From assembly GCA_013115125.1 (NCBI GenBank), contig JABANN010000124.1, positions 1 through 64,000 of the forward strand: 64,000 bases of DNA, given 5' to 3'. Under the pieces are notes generated by a model. The model had not been told where the DNA came from. It saw only the letters and a program-made list of their open reading frames with translations, and ran no database searches. The stretch comes from Perkinsus olseni. Its lineage: Eukaryota. Positions 36,800 to 48,400 of the stretch are shown here, one piece after another (position 1 is the stretch's first letter; the number at the start of each line of letters is the position of its first letter). A program made the position numbers and the translations under genes.

Positions 36800-39102
36800 A
36801 CAGCCAGCCCATGCTGCAGCATCCCTGCTCTAGGCCTGAAGGGGACCTGTAGGCCGTAGCTGAGGTAGCCGTAGCTGCCGACTACCGTCGGGGGCACGAC
36901 TGTGCTTCTCTCGACGTTTGGTGCGGACCGTCGCCGTGTAACTGAGTATGACAGGACACGTCAAGCGACCAACGATCACGCAGTGAAAGATGTCGTGGAG
37001 GCACAGGGGAATGAGGGCGTTGCTGGTGAGAGACACTGGAAGACCCACCCGGTTCCTTGCAGGGCTTGCTTGAGGTGCCGCCCCATCTCTTGGAAGTGTC
37101 GTCGAACACTAACGTATGACCCAAGGAGCACACCGGTCATGAAAAGGACTGAGGCGAAGCCTCTGCTACCACCGACAGCTCAACGACGAGGGAGACTTAC
37201 TTGGTACGACAGTTGCGGCAATCAGGAGTGCGATATCGACTGCCACCACCTCTCCCTCTTCGGACTCCTTTCCCCTCTCAGTCTCCGAGGGTCCAGAAAC
37301 GAGGACGAGAGCATGGCCGAATACCTACACTCGCACGGTAGTCGCTTTTCCCGACTCGTATGTTGCGCCGAGGTAGAAGACGGACGACAAAAGGCAAGGC
37401 ACGGACTTCTTACCACAACACACACCATCGCCACGATGAAGAAAGGGCTCTTATTCCACAGACTGAGGGGAGTGAATGTGGCGTGTGAGGCCTGGTGTAA
37501 CTCACAAGGGGCCAACCCCTCTCCTGCAGTAGCGGTACCATCCCTCCGCCACTTCGTCCAGTCTGGTGCTATGCACGCTCAGAGCAGGAGGCCAGTGTAT
37601 TGCACCACCCGAAGATGGGTCCACCTAGAGCAGTGCCGCTATGAAGTGAGACATTAGGGTCTAATTTAGGCTGGGAATCCTCACCTCAACCCGGATGGCG
37701 CTCCGCGGTACAGGATAGGACTGACCCATACGATGACACACAGCTGTAACAGAGACGCCTTTCGGGGCCCATCTCCAGATTAACAACACGACAACGGCAA
37801 GGGAGCTATGACAAGGTCATCATGGTAAGGGTTCGAAGGAACTCAACCGAGCAGCATGCCCCCTTCGTGAGTATTCGATCTTGTAAAGCGGGGCTGCCGC
37901 GGGTCGTGTCTAGCTAAGATCTCTCCTCTATGTTCTGGGTATCGAGACCACGGAATGGCAGCATAGGAGTAGGGCGCGACAGCGAGCTGAGAAGGGCCAC
38001 TGCGGTGGCACAACAATGGCAGCGAGCCAACGAAGAGCATGGTGTCACGAGGGCTATGCCAGGGTCACCCGTGATAACGTCCGCCTTACCTTGCTCCTCG
38101 CCAGGCCGACCTTCTGTTCATCTCTGCCGGGCAAGACGGCATCCCGGTCCGGATCAGGTACTATATACGGTAGAGTGAGGGGAGGACGCTTCGAAGTGTA
38201 CCTAGGTGACACCAGCCGGGGGGGGACTCCATCAGGGTTCGACATTCTGCTTTCAACTCACACTGCTGCCCGTGCTGCATCGTCCCCATCCTGTTCCCAG
38301 GACCGTCGTGCGTTCACCAATGGTTTCTCTATGCTGAAGCAGTCCTCCCATCGTCTACTGCTAGTAGTCATACCAGGGAAGCCTGCCGAGGACTCCACCC
38401 TCGAGGGCATCTGCAGCAGGCGGAGACGGTCCCCACCTGGGTAGTCCTCCCCAGCACCAAGTGACTTGAGGTCAGGGAAGCTCTTCGAATGCACGAGGCC
38501 ATGCAGACAGTCCGCAGCTTGCCGTGAAGCATTGAAGTGGGGCGAGCGCTGACCCTGCCCACGCGAGCTCTACAGGTCATCTCCTGTTGCAATCCCCTTA
38601 CCTTCTTGAACACGCTTCTACCGTGGCCACTTGCTGCCTCCCAGAAGGGGTCCACGTAGCAGGATGCCCTTGGCCTTTCCTACAGGGGTATCATCACTTC
38701 GTGCCAGTACTTGTTGGCTTACGTTAGCGTGCGCAGCGTGACGATTCTCTAGTCTTATGAGCTCTTGAAGATTCCTACCACCACCATACCACCATCCACT
38801 AGAGTGTGGATGATTACTCCTTCCCTTGAACATGACACAAAGACGACACTGAACGACGAAGGGAATGTGCAATGGAGTAGAGAAGGTACAACGGCGTGTT
38901 GCCGGCAATGTCCCGCTGAGTGCTAATAACTACTTTTGCTGAGGAAGTCCAAGTTGAACACGGCTTGGTAGTCGCCCGCGTAGAGGTCTTCACTCTGAAT
39001 TCCCCACTAGTTCATCATACGAGACACCCCCACACTATTGCTTAACCCAAATACCATGATATGGTCGGAAAATAGCAGCGCTGGACTGCTCTCCTCATGC
39101 AT
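36800..39102 (-). CDS. Hypothetical multi-exon gene; 3' end uncertain
   Basis: The first exons splice in frame: MHEESSPALLFSDHIM|WGIQSEDLYAGDYQAVFNLDFLSK..|NLQELIRLENRHAAHAN|ERPRASCYVDPFWEAASG. No family recognised. Confidence 0.45.
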
Positions 39103-39149
39103 GTCCTCGTTTGAATTATAACAACAGTAACATCAACTATTAACCAACT

Positions 39150-40339
39150 CTACAGTCGGACGACCGCTGCGGGCTCCATGATGGTGGACCCCGTACTGCA
39201 GGTCACAGAGGCCACGGTAGTGCTTCCCACCGTCGCCCTCCGAGGATTCAAGTTTAGTCTCGGTACGCAGTCAGGGCGCTTGAGGTCTGCCGAGAGCCTG
39301 ACTCTGTCAGGGAAGAGGGGCGGCGTCGACACCAACGACGATTCTACAGCATGGCGCTGGACAGCCTGAAAGCGCCCGAGAGAAGGGTTCATAACGACTA
39401 AGTCTCTGAGTCGCTGGGCTGCACCGGACGGTACTCGAAGAGCACCTTCTCACAGCAAACCCGGCAAATTCCTCACGCGAGAACAGCAGCCGATCATATA
39501 TCATTAGAAGAACGAAGGAGTCCCCGCCCACTTGCGAATCGTCTAGTGACACTTCCTCGATACACTCCCTCTGCTGGATCACGCCCAAGTTAACCTTCTC
39601 AACACTGTCATACGCTTGCCTTGCTGCCTTAGACATGCCCACCGGAAGGCCCTGAGTGAAGTTCTGAGACACCAGACCCCGCAGCACAGCAATAACTAAC
39701 CTTCTGGGCGCGCAGCTTGTGTATGTAGGAGTCGTAAGCACGCTTGACCTTAGTCAGCAGCTTCCCATACGCCTCGTCCTGTACTATAATGGCATCCCAG
39801 AGATCAGAGTAAACTTCTAGCTTCGCTTCGCTCATGCCTGCAACAAGGGCATCCTCGTAAGAGGGCTGTTGCCGACCGCACCGCTTGAAGGGTCAGCTCT
39901 CGACCCTTCCGGCCGCCGGACAGCACCTAGCCGATGAGGGCCTGCCGAAGTCCTCACTGGTACTGCACGTCGCTGAGGTAGTGATGACCTCAAGTTGGAC
40001 ATACTCTGGCTACTCGGCACTCGTGGCCGCAGGGATGTGGTCTGAGCGCTGTAGGGCCTGCGAAGAATACCTTAACAAGAGGAAGCAGCGGCAGTCATCC
40101 TTACCGTCTCACTTCTCTTTGCTGCGGCTTAGTGCCAGCCCCTGTACAGAGCGCTGACCGTGGTCTAGTGTGGAGGGACTGGCTGGACTTACTGCAGCTC
40201 AGCGGCCGGGCAGCATCTACACGATCTCTCTTCAACACGTTCAGCTCACTGACTTACTTGGCGCTCTAAACCCTGTCGTAATCGCCACATCAGTCGTCCT
40301 CCTCCTCCCTAAGGCTCCTGTTCCACTGCATGAAGCCAT
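39150..40339 (-). CDS. TSNAXIP1_N-like (translin-associated factor X-interacting N-terminal) domain protein; start approximate
   Basis: EAKLEVYSDLWDAIIVQDEAYGKLLTKVKRAYDSYI matches my recollection of the family pattern (L..Y...F..II.....YG.LL..IK..Y). Confidence 0.55.
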
Positions 40340-40894
40340 GAACGCTGGCACTACTGAATCAACTACGACCACAGGGACCTCACAACACGGCCATCAATAG
40401 TCATCAATGACAGAGTATCTCCACCAAGCCAGGAGGAGACGTGGGAGTCACTCACGCCAACAGTACATGTATAACGGAGTGGCGGGTCTCGAGCGGACTC
40501 GAGACTTTAGGGCGAGCGCTATATGAAATTGCGCTGAAGTAAAATTCCCGATTTGAGCGGAGCGAAGCAGTAATAACTGCGAGCCTTTGCAGGATCATCT
40601 ATTGTACTGGATCATCCTGCTCCTCTATTTGAACCTCCAGTCTTCTCTGCGGCGTACCCGCCCATAACCTAGGCCTGCGATGCTTTTGGCCTTGGTATCA
40701 TTCCAGGGGAATGATTTCACTAATTCCCTAGGTTATCATACGCAATCACATTGCATACCGACCCTCTCCCCAACAGTTCATGCTTCGACAGGCAGAGGCC
40801 TTCCGCATCCTCGCATCTTGAGTGGGCTTACTCGTGTCGTGTCAACGCTCTCACCATCGTTGGCGGGTCATAAGTAGCTGTTGTTGTTTTTTTG

Positions 40895-43800
40895 ATGTCG
40901 GCTAGGGCAGTATCGGGATCTGTCGGTGGTGGTGGTGGTGGTCGGGCAGCCCCAGCAGCAGTGGTTGTCAGCGAACAAGACCGTCACAATGCTGAGGACC
41001 TAGCCTTCGACCTCCGACAGATGGTCCGGAATGGCCACATAGACGAGCCACAATGCAAGGACCTAAAAGAGCACTGTGAGCTTGAATTCAGGTAGGCTGG
41101 GTCAGGACTTCCGAGCGCTCCATAGAACCTTGTCATCTCAGTCGTTGGGAGTCATTAGCACAGCAGGCAGCAAATAGGGAGGATTTTGTGGAGTTTGAAC
41201 GGCTCACTGAGGTACTTGGACCATCACCACACCGCCAAGGTCAATAGTCGATGTTAGATCGCTCATAAACTGGGGGATGCTCTACGGGTTTATGATGAGG
41301 CAAGTAGAGGAGGTGGTAGTGTACGAGACAGGGCTGCCAGTTTTGGTGGCCAGTCGGCGCCCCTAGCAGCCGCAACATCGCCTGGTAGTAGGGAGTAGGA
41401 GGTAGAAGCGCGGAAGTGACGGACTGAGTAGATACGCACCGAGGCATCAGCACCGACGCTCCCCCGCCAGCTGACGCTGGTGATGAGCTTCCACAGCAGC
41501 AGCCTGCACCATCAGCTAGTGCCGAGAAGAAGTCCCGTAAGAAGAAGAAGAAACATCAGAGGAAGCGCAGTGTGGAGTCCTTGGAAGGCTTCGACGCCGC
41601 TGGCCCAGCCTCTAATGGAGACAGTAGGAGTAATTGCGTCCTCACTGCTTTCACTCTGATCTCTCAGGGCCTAACCAGTCTGCAGAGCCAGCTTTCCCAG
41701 CGTTCGAAGGAGCCGATGCATGGGGCTCTGTGTTTCCCGACCCAGCAGCCCCTCCTGTTGCTCAGGCTGATGGGCCTGATGCTGCCCCACCGGTAGTAGA
41801 GGTCTAGGGTTGTAGGAAGAGTATAAGGCGTATATTGTAGGGCAGCGGAGCGGGGGTCGGCACTTTACCGGACACTACTGCAAAGGATGAAGCTGCAGAA
41901 AAGGCTCAGGCTCTAGAGGAGGAGAATAGTGACCTCAAGGAGCAAGTTGAGACACTCAGCAGGCAGCTTACTGTAGCGCAAAGTAGTACTGAGGTGGGCT
42001 TTGCTGAGTAGGGGATGGAGTGGTATGTTAGGTGGGCTGGCGATGCTACAGGAGCAGCTCACTGCAGCTCAGAAGACTATGACACAGCAGGAGCATGAAC
42101 ATGCTCAGTTAGTGGACAGGCTGGGTAAGAGCGTTCAGATTATAACCAAGCTAAGACCGATACAGGGCAAGGCTGAGGTAGATCATGGAGCGCCTCGCTA
42201 GTGTGGGGTATCGGGCGGTCTATAGGTATTGGAAGATAGACTGAAGAAGGCGAATGAGGATAGCAATACGCAACAGCAGCAGTTGGGCGAAAAGGATAAG
42301 GTCATCAAAGTCTTGGAGGCTCAGCTAGAGTCCAAGAGTAAGTCGTGGTGGACGGCTGCTAGTGATGGTGATGATAGGCGGGTATGTTAGGTAAACTATT
42401 GACAGAGACTAGACAGAAGCTATTTGGTGAGAGGGATAGGGTTATGGCTATGAATCAGGAGATTGCCAACCTTAGAGTGGCCAATGATGAGGTAGTAGTG
42501 GTTATGGTCTGGATAAGGGAAAGGTAGGGTGGTCCTAGGTCCAGCAAGAGGCGGATCAACTGGCTGCAAGGGCCGGTGTACGGGAGAAGCAGCTACAGCG
42601 TATGCGGTACATCGTGGACTCCTCAGGTCTCGTCGAGGAGGACAACACTGGTAGGTAGACCGTCGTGGTCGTAGTCACTACCTCTGCTTTCCCAGGTGCC
42701 CCTGCTACTACCAGTGGTATGCTCTCTCAAGTGGGAAGTACGGCACCAGATCTGAGGACTAGTACTGGCATGACGATGAGAGGCATGCCCTACAGCCAAG
42801 CCTCGCTGAGCCAAAGGCAACAGATGGTACTACTGTTGTTGATGATGATGAGCACCATTCCCAGTGAATATTTTGACAGTTGGCGGGGAGCACCTCTAGT
42901 ATACCTAATACCACTCCTAACGGAACAGCGGCAGACTATGCCTCCCCGACCAGGGACTCCCTCACGCAGACGCAATCACAGGCCACTGTAGCTAATATGA
43001 AGGACCCTCTCTTCTTCCGACAAACTAACGATATGGACTGGGGAAGTAGGATAATTTCGTGGCGCGTGACGCAGGTCACCTGTTTACTATAGGAACGGAG
43101 GTCCATGCCTTAGCCCAGCCTATCAGTGAGCAGTATCGGCAGATGCTGCAGTGTGGCAGCGGGGAGTACTCAGGTTGGTGTTGCCTCCGTCCGCCCTCGA
43201 GTACCACTCTTTGCCCTATTCATCAGGATGTATCTTTGAGGATGCTGCTGTTAGCGTGAGGATGCACTGCTCCGTCCAAGGTCTTGGTATTGACCTTAAG
43301 TTCGACCTGGTTAATAAGGGAGCCTCACCATTGGTAGCAGCAGGAAGGGAATCTTGTAGTGCGCATCTTCGTGTGCAGGTCCAAGCTAATCTCATAGCCG
43401 AGCCTAGGAAGGTCACTGCCTTTGATTTCACTATAGAGCCTGTTCCTAGTAAGACAGGAAGCGACTCTGGCCTGTGAGTTGGGTATCTTAGGTCGAAGCC
43501 CGGTGGTGATGGGAGGAGGTAAGCGTGAGTTCACTGGAAGGCTGCTAGTGAAGTCACCGTATGAATTCCCCCCTGTGATGTGTATCAACTATGTAAGGTC
43601 TGCTGGTGTTGTCCTTCCCGCCACAACCAACCTGTTATCAGGTGCTATCCGATGGCACCCCCGTCAACAACTACATCCGAATTCCTCTGCCTATCCCCAA
43701 GGTTGCCAGACCTGCCAATCCAAGTGTGTTGTATGGAGCTGTATTGCATTTTTCGCATCGCTCCGCTCAGGTTCTACAGTATTTTTCGAGCATTGGCGTA

Positions 43801-44306
43801 GCGAGAAGTTTAGTCTGTGCGAAGTATCTTCGAGAATTAGTTTGAGGAATGAATACACCCAAGCAGGCGGACTGGCTGTAAGAATTAATGGGTGCAGCGC
43901 TGGTCACTCTACGGAGCATTCACTCCCTCAGACCGTCGCCAATGCACTCGAGTTCGGTGGTAACTTGGCCCGATTGGCCGGTCTGGACTCGACAGCGAGG
44001 TCCGTTGTAGTAGTGGGAGTGGTAAGTAAAGCGACGGTTGTTTGATATTATCACCTGATGCCCTGTCCTCCAGGTACCCTTCGACACGCTTGCGGAGATC
44101 ATGGCTCGGGTAGAGCTCAGCGCGCGACACCCTGGCGAGGCTAGAGTCGAAGTACGAACTCCTAATGTGGTAAGTTGGCATCTCCGAGTCAGACTTGGCT
44201 GGACAGTTGTGTTTGCATGCTGCCCTATGCTGGTCGTCATCATCAGATACTCAGCAGGGCTGTCCGTAATGCAATAGCGGAGGTGTTGTCCACCTGGGTG
44301 GCCTAA
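40895..44306 (+). CDS. Coiled-coil protein with C-terminal AP-2 alpha-adaptin appendage (ear)-like domains
   Basis: Coiled coil ~41880-42600. C-terminus: GCIFEDAAVSV..FDLVNKG..PYEFPPVMCINY..IRIPLPIPKVARP..FFEHWRS..LAGLD..IMARVEL..ARVEVRTPNV|ILSRAVRNAIAEVLSTWVA*. Confidence 0.65.
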
Positions 44307-44558
44307 GTTGTCGCTTACCATAAATCTACCAATACCCCAACAAAAGTTACCTTATAGTTTTATCATACTTATCATACTAATGGTGATGACGGCTCTTGTT
44401 ATCCCGTGCAAAGTTGAACTCTGCCCCACCCCCGGCGGGGAGGTACTGGAGGTTACCATTCACTTTCCACCCGTCATGTGTGCTGTCGAGTTTCGTTGCC
44501 GGATCGTCCTCAATTTCGTGGCGCGTGAAGAATATTCTCCTCAGAGTATTTGAAAGTC

Positions 44559-45349
44559 ATGTCAAGCGGAATTCAAAAGAATGAAGGCACGGAGCTGAAG
44601 ACAGTGTCGATGGCTGAGCCGCCCGCCGCAGCCGCTCCCGGCACTCCAAGCGGTCTGGACAGCGGCCCGATGGACGGAGTGAGGGAGCCTAGGAACAAGC
44701 TAGAGGAGCTCAAGATGTACATCATGCCTGTGGTGGCTCGATATGGCCATCTGGTAGTAACAGCAGCAGGGGAGATCTAGGGGTGTCCATCGCACTGGTC
44801 AGGTACGGCTGGTGCGCCCTTGGAGGGAGTTCGTGCAGTTCAGTAAGCCTACTAAGGAAGGAGAAGTGCAGAAGCGTATCACCGGCAATATACAGTACTT
44901 CCAAGCAAACTACGCCATCTGCGTCTTGGCCATACTGTCCCTCGGTGAGAGTTGAAGCAGCGGTGGGGATGGCAGGGGCGATGGTGGCGTCAGGTATCCT
45001 CACGACCCCCTCCTGTCTGGTACTCATGCTGGTCCTAGCTGGGGTCTGGTTCGTTTTTCTGGGTAAAAACGAAGATCCCAACTGGAAGCCCAAGATCAAC
45101 GGGATGGAGCTATCGAAGACTCAGCGCACCTTCGCCCTCCTAGCGGTCACCCTCCTACTGGTATGCTGCCTCTGGCATATCGTCTCTCTGGCCCGCTATG
45201 CTGCCTCGTAGGTCCTCATCTTCGCCGGCGGACTGATCATGTCAGTATTGGGGATATCTGCGGGGTTAACAATCGTGCACGCCGCCTTTAACTCGGGTAC
45301 CCAGTTCGAGGCCCTGGACGAGGCGGAACAGGCCTTGGACCAAATCTGA
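44559..45349 (+). CDS. PRA1: PRA1 (prenylated Rab acceptor) family protein
   Basis: VRPWREFVQFSKP..KRITGNIQYFQANY, two hydrophobic hairpins, terminal IVHAAF. Confidence 0.9.
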
Positions 45350-45461
45350 GCCACCAGTGCGGCTAGGAATGGGGTATTTTTGAGCACCTAGTTGCTGTTG
45401 TGTTGTTACTTCTGGAGGGGATAGCTATAGTGTAGTGCTATTGAGTGCATCATCAAAGACG

Positions 45462-48400
45462 ATGCAGCCCTCCCCAGGACAAGACGAGCCACCTGAGGTG
45501 CGCAGTGAGTTTCGGGATATTGGTGGCCAGCGAACGCTGGTGACACGGAAGCCTAGTAGGGGTCTCAGGAGGAATACCCCTCCCTGATATTCTCGAGTAG
45601 GTTCTACTGCCCCCCTGCCGGCGATAGAGGCTGGGCGGTCTCCACAGAGAAGTGAGGGAAAGTGGAAGGTGGCTGTGGTGGCAGTGTTGGACGGTGTAGG
45701 TGAGAAGAAGCCTCGACGACGCCAGAGGACCATCATGTCGGAGCTGCTAGCCCCTAATGATGCTAGTAAAGTGAGGTCGTATATGAGAGGTGAGGTGTCT
45801 AGTCTATTCAAGAAGGGCTACTCTACGTTAGCAGGCCCTCCTCGCGGCCTTGACTGGGTACCCCCCTCAGCCCCTGTCAGTGATGTCCTACAGGTTGGTC
45901 GTAGTACTTGCGCCGTCAAGGCTAGTTATGAATCATTAGGTTGGTCAGCAGCCCCTCGGTGTACTTCATCGGAGCACGGCAATGGAGAAGCGCCAGCCTG
46001 GCCTCCCACCGACACCGAGAAAACGGAGTGTTCAGGTGGGCTCTTGGTCGTCGTTCTCCTAATAATTCCCATCGCTACTTCCCTTCAGCTCCGTCCGAAG
46101 GTCATTGATAGCTTCGTCCATGCCGTTGGATCGAGGCCACGCAAAGTGCTAGTTGAGAGGGTTCGCCAGGAGCACTTATCCGAGGATTTGGTTGGGATAC
46201 TGAGTTCGGAGTACGGCATCTCGTTCGAGACCTCTGATGTTGATAAAGGCTCCTGGCTTCCACTGGACTACTTCGACAACACTGAGTACGATGAGCGGAC
46301 CCCGCAAGAGTGGATAGCCTTGGGGTACTCCGAAGCGCAGCGACAGAAGCAGCACTTTGCTGCCAAGGGCGAGGACATCAGCGATCTGCCTGACTTCCTC
46401 GCCTTGGAGGCCCTCGCTCTAGATAGCAATGCTGGTGTTGGTAAGTGGAAGGAGTGCCAAGTTACCACCTACGACTCGGCAAGTGAGAAGTTCGGGGTCA
46501 TGTTCTCTGGGCAGGAGGAGAGGCTCGTGTGGCTGAGCAAATTGTGGGTGATGTTCGTGGGGGCCGAGAGCCCGGCCAGGCATGCCAAACGGGTGGCTGA
46601 TGCTGTGAGGTTGCGGAGGGCCACCGAGGCTAAGATACGATACACCATATGCGTGGACTGCATGCCTAGGGACAGGCAGGAGGGGTTGAAGGGTGACCAA
46701 GTGGTGAGAGTATTGCGGCGAGTGACGGGGAAGAGGAGGGCGAGGAGCGGAGCTGACCAGGAGAGGTTGGACAGGATACTGGAGGATGTTAACGCTGAGG
46801 TGTCGAAGGCTATCAATAGGATGACGATGCTCTGGGTGTTCACCAAGGCGAGGGAACAGCGGGTAGGGCAGGAGGAAGAGGGTAGTACCGATGATACAGC
46901 CCTGGCAGCGATGAAGCTCCTCACTGGTGTTGTTGGCATCTCTTGGGGCCCGAGTGGTAGGAGAGCTAGGCCGGAGGGCTTCGGTCAGACTTGGGCTCGA
47001 CCGGCGCCGGAATCGGGTGTGATCGTTAGTCCCGGGGTAGAACGAGGATTCTTCGAGACGTCATTCAATAAGCTCACCTTCGAGATTATGTTCACTGAGC
47101 GGGCCGCCATCCGGACTGTTGTTGGGGTTAGACGCCTTTGCATAGAACTTCTAAAGTCTCATCCTACGGTACAGCTACTCCCTATTAACTTGCCTTACAA
47201 GCCGTGCAAGTTGGAGGCCTTCAAGCAGTGGCAGAAGGATGCTATCGATAAGACTGCTGCTAGGGTGGCCGACGATTTTACTGGAAAAGTCGTTAAAATG
47301 ATACGGGGGAACTTTGATAGGATCGGCAAGGGTTGGTTCAATATAGAGGAAACCAGTCTGGTGAGTGCTCGGGACGTGTACCCACAGCGACGATGGTGTC
47401 CTGTCAGGAGGCGTATAATTACGGCAAGTTGAAGAAGTTGATAATGCTGGTACGGCTGATGCTGCAGGACGCCCTCAGGGACTTGGCCATCAACACAGCT
47501 GAGCTCTATGTAGACTACATGAAGAGGCATGTGCCTAAGGAGGTTCGTATAGAGGTAGGAATTATAAAAAGTCGGGGCTGGGGATCGAACCTGCGCCCTT
47601 TCGAGTGTTGTCGAAGCATTAGTTTATGATCCGAGCTTTTCAGAATCTGCGTACAGTGATAAACGACTGGCAGGACGGTGTGGTCCGAGCCGATGGATCC
47701 GACGCCCCAGAGGCTCTCTTCGCCATTGAGATTAAACGTGTTGAAAAGAAGAAAGAGGAGTCCCGCCGCCAAAGTGCCGTCAACGCCACCAACAGGCTGC
47801 TCAGGAAGCGCAGCAGCGGCGAGGTGTCCACGAGGGCCTCAGGAATGCGTCGGCGGTCCTCGGCACAGACGCCTGAATATGAGTTTGTCTATGCTACCAA
47901 CCCCGCCATGTACGTCCAAGCTATTGCTGGGGAGACGATATTGACAGCATTGAGGGCTATCAGCGATGTCCCGCACATCGAGAAGGCCACGGTACCTCAG
48001 CTGTTCAAAGCAGTCGTGTACAGACAGAAGCTCACTACAGTGAGTTTAGACGAGGATTTTGTGGTACGGGCGAAGGACGAGCTCGAAGAGCAGCTGTCTG
48101 GGAGTGTCATCCGCGGACTACAGGAGTACATCACCCTGCTGGCACCCTATAGGGACCTGCTACAGTTGGAGCCGGTGAAGTTCATAAATGAGAAGCTGGA
48201 TGACGAGGAGGCGCCTGCTACTACTGATGAGGTCGAGGCTGACATCGTCAATCGCCATAGACTGCATGATGAGGTCCTTCAGGACATACCTGAGACAGGG
48301 GTCCAGATAGGTTGGGTGGAGGTGAGAGTCGGGGAGATCAGGAAGATACTGGCCGATAAGCATACTCAAGTGGCCAAGCTGGAGATAGATCTCCTCATAC

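Noticed and set aside
36902-37657. 251-aa plus-strand ORF
   Set aside because: No ATG start or motifs, and splice signals here point to a minus-strand gene.
37650-39100. Possible non-LTR retrotransposon fragment
   Set aside because: No RT/endonuclease/RNase H motifs; the first exons splice cleanly as an ordinary gene.
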